From the NCBI GenBank assembly GCA_004297825.1, contig SCSX01000084.1, positions 42,862-106,861 of the forward strand: 64,000 bases of DNA, in the 5' to 3' direction. Source of the DNA: Spirochaetota bacterium (GTDB taxonomy: Bacteria > Spirochaetota > UBA4802 > UBA5368). Positions 59,648-64,000 of this stretch are shown in pieces. Position 1 is the stretch's first letter; each line of letters starts with the position of its first letter. A program made the position numbers and the translations under genes. The notes below the pieces were generated by a model that made no database searches, was not told the origin of the DNA, and saw only the letters and a program-made list of their open reading frames with translations.

Positions 59648-61219
59648 ATGAGCCAGGCCGGATCGATCGGCGACATCTCACGGCAAAACATACTTATCGC
59701 GAACCGGATCAGGATGATCATAATCATCGCCCTGCTTGCAGTTGTCGCGGGCTCAGCGGAAAGCAACATGCTGGTCATCAACATCGCCTATTTCAGCGGC
59801 TTGGGGATCTATTTCGTAACCGCCGTGGTGAACTATGCGTTGACGCGCCGCGGGCGCGGGGGCGCGGCGCTTCAGTTTGTCACGATGGCGGTCGAGATGA
59901 ACATCGTGACGCTCATCAAATCCGCGTACGCGTTCACCGACAAACCTTACCTCGTGGTGAACGAAAGCATCGTCTTCTCGGTCTATTTCCTCTTTATCCT
60001 CCTCACCCTGCTCCAGAACAGCAGGGCCCTCACCGCACTCGCGGGAGGGCTCGCGGCGCTCGAGTACTCGGCGCTTATCGCGTTCTGCGTAGTGGTCATG
60101 GGAGTGCCCTGGGCCGTGGGAAATCCAATTCCGGGACACGCGGTGATAGACGATGAGATAGCGAAGCTCATACTCATCGGGGGCTTTACGGCTGTGTGCG
60201 CTACGGTGCTGAAAAACCTGCGCGGTTTTTCGTTCAAGGCCGAGGAGAATGAGCGGATCGCGCGATCGCGCTCGGCGCACCTGGAAGGGATAATCGCCTC
60301 CGCGACCGGTATGAACGAGTCGCTCACCGGCGTGAGCAGGGACCAGAAATCGGTCTGCGACACATTCTCGCAGCTCTCGCAGGATCAGGCGGCGATGAGC
60401 GAAGAGCTTTCCTCGGTGTACGAGGAGCAGGTCGCCTCGATAGAGTCGATCAACCGGAACATGACGGCGCAGAGCGCCGAATCCGAGAAATCCGCGGCGC
60501 TCATCGCGACGCTCAGGGAAAGCGAGCGAAGGGTGCTCGACCTGAGCTCCGCGGTACTGGCGGACATAGGACGCGTGGCCGCTTCGTCCGAAAGCACCTC
60601 GCGCATACTCTCCCAGATGGGCGGCATGATGCAGCTCCTCCGCGAGGGTGGGCAGTCGATCACCGCGTTCATCTCGGTCATTAACGATATCACCGACAGG
60701 ATCAACCTGCTTTCGCTTAACGCCGCGATCGAGGCCGCGCGCGCGGGCGAGCACGGCCGCGGCTTCGCCGTCGTCGCCGACGAGATCGGCAAGCTCGCGG
60801 AGGCGACCTCCGACAATTCCAGGGAGATATCGGCCCAGCTCGAACGCATCCGGGCGGACATCGAGCGCGGCGGCGCGCTCGTCAACGACACCCGCTCCGC
60901 GGTGGACGAGGTTATCGCGCTCATAGGGGCGAGTAACGAGAAGATAGACGAGGTGCGCGAGGCGATGACGGCGCAGAACGGCGCGATAGGCGCGGTGGAG
61001 GAGCAGTCCGCGATCCTGGGCTCGCTTTCGCGATCGATTTTATCGGCGACGGACGAACAGCGCTTTTCGATGGAGGAAAGCATGGCGACCGTCCAGAGGA
61101 TCGCGGAATTGGCGCAGACGATAGGGTCACACACGCAGCAGATGCTCGAATTCGCCCGGGTGATCACGGGCGGAACCGAGGAGCTGAGCGCGCTCATTAC
61201 GACCGGCGCGACGGAATAA
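59648..61219 (+). CDS. Methyl-accepting chemotaxis protein with multi-TM sensor
   Basis: [32 protein letters not shown]; 5-6 N-terminal TM segments. Confidence 0.9.
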   Translation: MSQAGSIGDISRQNILIANRIRMIIIIALLAVVAGSAESNMLVINIAYFSGLGIYFVTAVVNYALTRRGRGGAALQFVTMAVEMNIVTLIKSAYAFTDKPYLVVNESIVFSVYFLFILLTLLQNSRALTALAGGLAALEYSALIAFCVVVMGVPWAVGNPIPGHAVIDDEIAKLILIGGFTAVCATVLKNLRGFSFKAEENERIARSRSAHLEGIIASATGMNESLTGVSRDQKSVCDTFSQLSQDQAAMSEELSSVYEEQVASIESINRNMTAQSAESEKSAALIATLRESERRVLDLSSAVLADIGRVAASSESTSRILSQMGGMMQLLREGGQSITAFISVINDITDRINLLSLNAAIEAARAGEHGRGFAVVADEIGKLAEATSDNSREISAQLERIRADIERGGALVNDTRSAVDEVIALIGASNEKIDEVREAMTAQNGAIGAVEEQSAILGSLSRSILSATDEQRFSMEESMATVQRIAELAQTIGSHTQQMLEFARVITGGTEELSALITTGATE

Positions 61220-61315
61220 ATAAAAACGCCCCCCGCCAGGCGGCGCGGGAGGCGGGAACCGGGGGAACGCCCCCGGGGCCGCGGACCGGTGTATCGGCCC
61301 CCGGGCCCCCTGCCG

Positions 61316-62614
61316 CTACTCTTCCAATCCCACGCGCTCGACCTTGTTGAGGTCCCTCACGTAGAAAAACGACCCGATGAAAAATACCACTGCCCCGAAA
61401 AGAGAGAAAAGCGGGAGGAATTTGAACGCGGTAAGGAGATCGTAGCGGTCCGATATGTACCCGACGAATATGGGTGCCAGGCTGTAGCCCAGGAGCATCA
61501 TGAAGAACTGCGCCAGGCTGTAGGAAATCGCGCGAAGGCCGGGGTGCACGACGTCCTGCGTGACCGCGGAGCCGCCCGCGGCGAACATGGGCGCGGTGAA
61601 TCCGAAGCAGATGAGGAACACGTATTGCGCGGTCCCCTCGAGGAAGAAGAAGCCGATAAAAAGGAACAGCCCGGTGAGGAGCGATGTGACGGCCGGCACG
61701 CTCATGCGCGCGTTAGGATACTTGCGGCGAAGCTTGTCGGTGACTAACCCGCCTATGGGGGCGCCGAAAATCGCGAGGAGGAACACCACCGAGGTCTTCA
61801 CGCCCGCCTTGTCCATGGGAAGCCCGTCCATCCGGTTGAAGTACGAGGGAAGCCAGTTCATAAGCGCCGTGGTGACGAAGGTGTTTCCGATGTAGCCCAG
61901 GTACGTGAACAGCACCGAGGGTGTGTGCAGGAATTCCCTGGCGATTTCACCCGGCTTCATCTTCACGTGAACCGCGTTGGCACCCGTGCCGGACTTTCTC
62001 GTGATCTGCACCGTCTTGTAGTCCTTCACCCAGAAAAAGAGCAGGGCGACGATAAGCCCCGGCACCGCGAGCAGGCCGAAGGCGTAGCGCCAGCCCAGGC
62101 TCTCCGCGATCACCCCGCCCAGTATCACCCCGATCGCGGTGCCCATGGGAATGGCAGCCGTGAACAGCCCGTTCATGGTGGCGCGCTTTTCCTCGGGGAA
62201 ATATGCCGCGATCATCGCGTGACCTCCTGAGGTGTACGCTGCCTCCCCGACGCCGATAAGCGAGCGCGCGGTGAACAACTGCGTGAAGCTTTTCGTCAAC
62301 GCGCACGCCGCCGCGCCGATGCTCCAGAGCACCGCCATGATGCCTATTGCTTTTTTCCTGCTCCACCGGTCGACAAGCAGTGATACGGGAAAGACGAACA
62401 GGGTCATCATGAGCGTCACGATCGAGGCGAACCAGCCGCATTCGGCGTCGGTGAGGGCCCACTCGACCTTCAGGTACGGGAAGATGGCGGCGACAACCAT
62501 CCGGTCCACGTAATTGAACAGGTAGAGCAGGAACAGCAGGAGGAACACGTACCGTGCGTATCCCGGTGAAACCTGGAAGTCTTTCGCTTCGTTCAGGCGT
62601 GCGGCTTTTTCCAT
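61316..62614 (-). CDS. MFS transporter (Spinster-like)
   Basis: NYVDR, DRWSRK, R.LIGVGEA, G.A.G..LGG, WR.AF. Confidence 0.88.
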   Translation of the reverse strand: MEKAARLNEAKDFQVSPGYARYVFLLLFLLYLFNYVDRMVVAAIFPYLKVEWALTDAECGWFASIVTLMMTLFVFPVSLLVDRWSRKKAIGIMAVLWSIGAAACALTKSFTQLFTARSLIGVGEAAYTSGGHAMIAAYFPEEKRATMNGLFTAAIPMGTAIGVILGGVIAESLGWRYAFGLLAVPGLIVALLFFWVKDYKTVQITRKSGTGANAVHVKMKPGEIAREFLHTPSVLFTYLGYIGNTFVTTALMNWLPSYFNRMDGLPMDKAGVKTSVVFLLAIFGAPIGGLVTDKLRRKYPNARMSVPAVTSLLTGLFLFIGFFFLEGTAQYVFLICFGFTAPMFAAGGSAVTQDVVHPGLRAISYSLAQFFMMLLGYSLAPIFVGYISDRYDLLTAFKFLPLFSLFGAVVFFIGSFFYVRDLNKVERVGLEE

Positions 62615-63154
62615 GTAAACGCTCCTCGATGGGTTTTATGGACGGCTTCCGGCATTATTCCCCGGGGGGAGGCCGGCGCTTCGAAAAATGCGCATTCTTC
62701 CCCCTTGTGCCCTTAAAGGGTACCGTGCGAACGCACGTTGGAAGATGAATGCTTATCGCCGCCGCGGCGACCGCGGTGGCGTGAGGTACGGCGGCGCCCA
62801 TTCCCCGCCGCATCCGGTTCAAACCGGGCTCGCGGGGCCGGCACGTGTAGAGCAAGATGATTTCATTGATATACAACGTAATCCATAAATCAATCATTAT
62901 TTTTATTTCCCCGCCGCCGTTACGTGTTACCGCCCGTTTTCTTTTTCCCGGAATTTCCAGCCGCGTGTTGCCGCCCGGACGCGGCGCGCGCTCCCGCGCC
63001 GGTAACCGCCGCCGGTTTGCCGGAAAGCCGATCGCGGGCATAATGTTACACGCCCGTAATATTGGGGGCGTGTGAGCGCGGATTTTCCCGCGATATAAGC
63101 GACGCTAACGGCCGCGCGGCCGCCGGGGCCTTGCGGAAAAATATTTAACCTCAT

Positions 63155-63264
63155 GGAAATATATTACCTGAAGGTAAAATAGGCCCCGATTTTCCACGCC
63201 GCGACCCGCGAACGTTGACAGGTTTTGTGCGTGTGCTAAAACCACAGTATGGAAATTTATTTCA
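63155..63264 (+). promoter_or_regulatory. amt upstream region with TTGACA and two GGAA-N6-TTCC-like boxes
   Basis: GGAA-ATATAT-TACC (63155-63168), TTGACA (63215-63220), GGAA-ATTTAT-TTCA (63251-63264). Confidence 0.4.
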
Positions 63265-63381
63265 TTGAAACCGGATTGAAAAGCGCGCGGAACGCGCCGC
63301 GACCCCGGTCGAGGAGGATGCCTATGAGCGTGAATGCGGGCTTGTGCGTACTAATCAATTAATAACAGGAGGATTCGAACG

Positions 63382-64000
63382 ATGAAGATGAGGAAGTTAT
63401 TGTTGCTGGCATGCGTCGCGATCATCGCACTCATGCCGCTCATGGCGCTCGCCGAGGACGCGGCGAAGCCGAAACAGGACGCGGCCGCGGCGGTGCAGCC
63501 GTCCGCGCGGGCCGTGGATCCAAGCGGTTCAAAGACCGGAAACGCCGCCGACGTAACCGCGGCGAAACCGGGAAATCCCACGATAGCGGAAATCGCCGAC
63601 GAGGTGGGTAAGAGCAAGGTAGCCGTGAACATGGTCTGGGTGCTGATCACGGGCTTTCTGGTGATGTTCATGCAGGCCGGGTTCGCGATGGTCGAATCGG
63701 GACTCACCCGCGCGAAAAACGTGGCGCATACGATGGCGATGAATTTAATGATCTACCCGCTGGGCATGCTGGGCTTTTACCTGTGCGGATTCGCGCTCAT
63801 GTTTGGCGGGGTGGGGGCGCTGGGAACCCTTGGGGGATTTGACGGGCTTTCGAGCGAATTCACGGTGACCCTCTTCGGGAAGGAGTTCGGTCTTTTTGGA
63901 AGCAAGGGTTTCATGCTGACGGGCGTGTACGACGTCGCGGTGTTCGCGATGTTCCTTTTCCAGATGGTATTCATGGACACGACGGCGACCATTCCCACGG
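63382..64000 (+). CDS. amtB: Ammonium transporter (Amt), truncated by the window end and absent from the ORF track
   Basis: AGGAGG RBS; signal peptide; VWVLITGFLVMFMQAGFAMVESGLTRAKN, FQMVFMDTTATIPT. Confidence 0.92.
   Translation, partial: MKMRKLLLLACVAIIALMPLMALAEDAAKPKQDAAAAVQPSARAVDPSGSKTGNAADVTAAKPGNPTIAEIADEVGKSKVAVNMVWVLITGFLVMFMQAGFAMVESGLTRAKNVAHTMAMNLMIYPLGMLGFYLCGFALMFGGVGALGTLGGFDGLSSEFTVTLFGKEFGLFGSKGFMLTGVYDVAVFAMFLFQMVFMDTTATIPT

Noticed and set aside
62655..63154. Short ORFs in the MFS-amt intergenic region
   Set aside because: Low-complexity Arg/Pro/Gly translations without family features; more likely regulatory DNA.

Overview
Gene-dense bacterial chromosomal window from a probable anaerobe. 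A Spirochaetota-like origin is inferred only from gene content (tandem cNMP/TPR/Crp protein, M30-like lipoprotein, SH3-M23 peptidase, membrane sulfatase-fold protein). From left to right it holds: (1) gamma-CA-like and M55 peptidase genes; (2) a GntR-linked cluster of two acyl-CoA ligases and two 2-hydroxyacyl-CoA dehydratase subunits with no activator gene; (3) a CASTOR/POLLUX-like channel and a non-canonical sulfatase-fold protein; (4) an acyl-CoA metabolism region (SDR, thiolase, two acyl-CoA dehydrogenases, EtfAB) interrupted by higBA and two VOC genes; (5) the most notable locus, a free-standing CsoSCA-like carbonic anhydrase facing a six-gene hydrogenase-4-related (Ehr-type) membrane complex. 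That complex lacks the NiFe cysteines and is headed by an HTH-PTS IIA regulator and an orphan HigA, making the locus a candidate energy-coupled inorganic-carbon module; (6) mixed housekeeping and signalling genes (gapN, PLC/P1-like protein with a GlyGly-CTERM-like tail, tRNA-Leu(CAA), stand-alone MshEN protein, tetraheme cytochrome c, lexA, DJ-1, histidine kinase, plsC, metF, MCP, MFS, partial amtB). Several small non-coding repeats and candidate operators are visible. No CRISPR array, rRNA, integrase or transposase was found. All family calls come from motif recognition by eye; no database searches were run.
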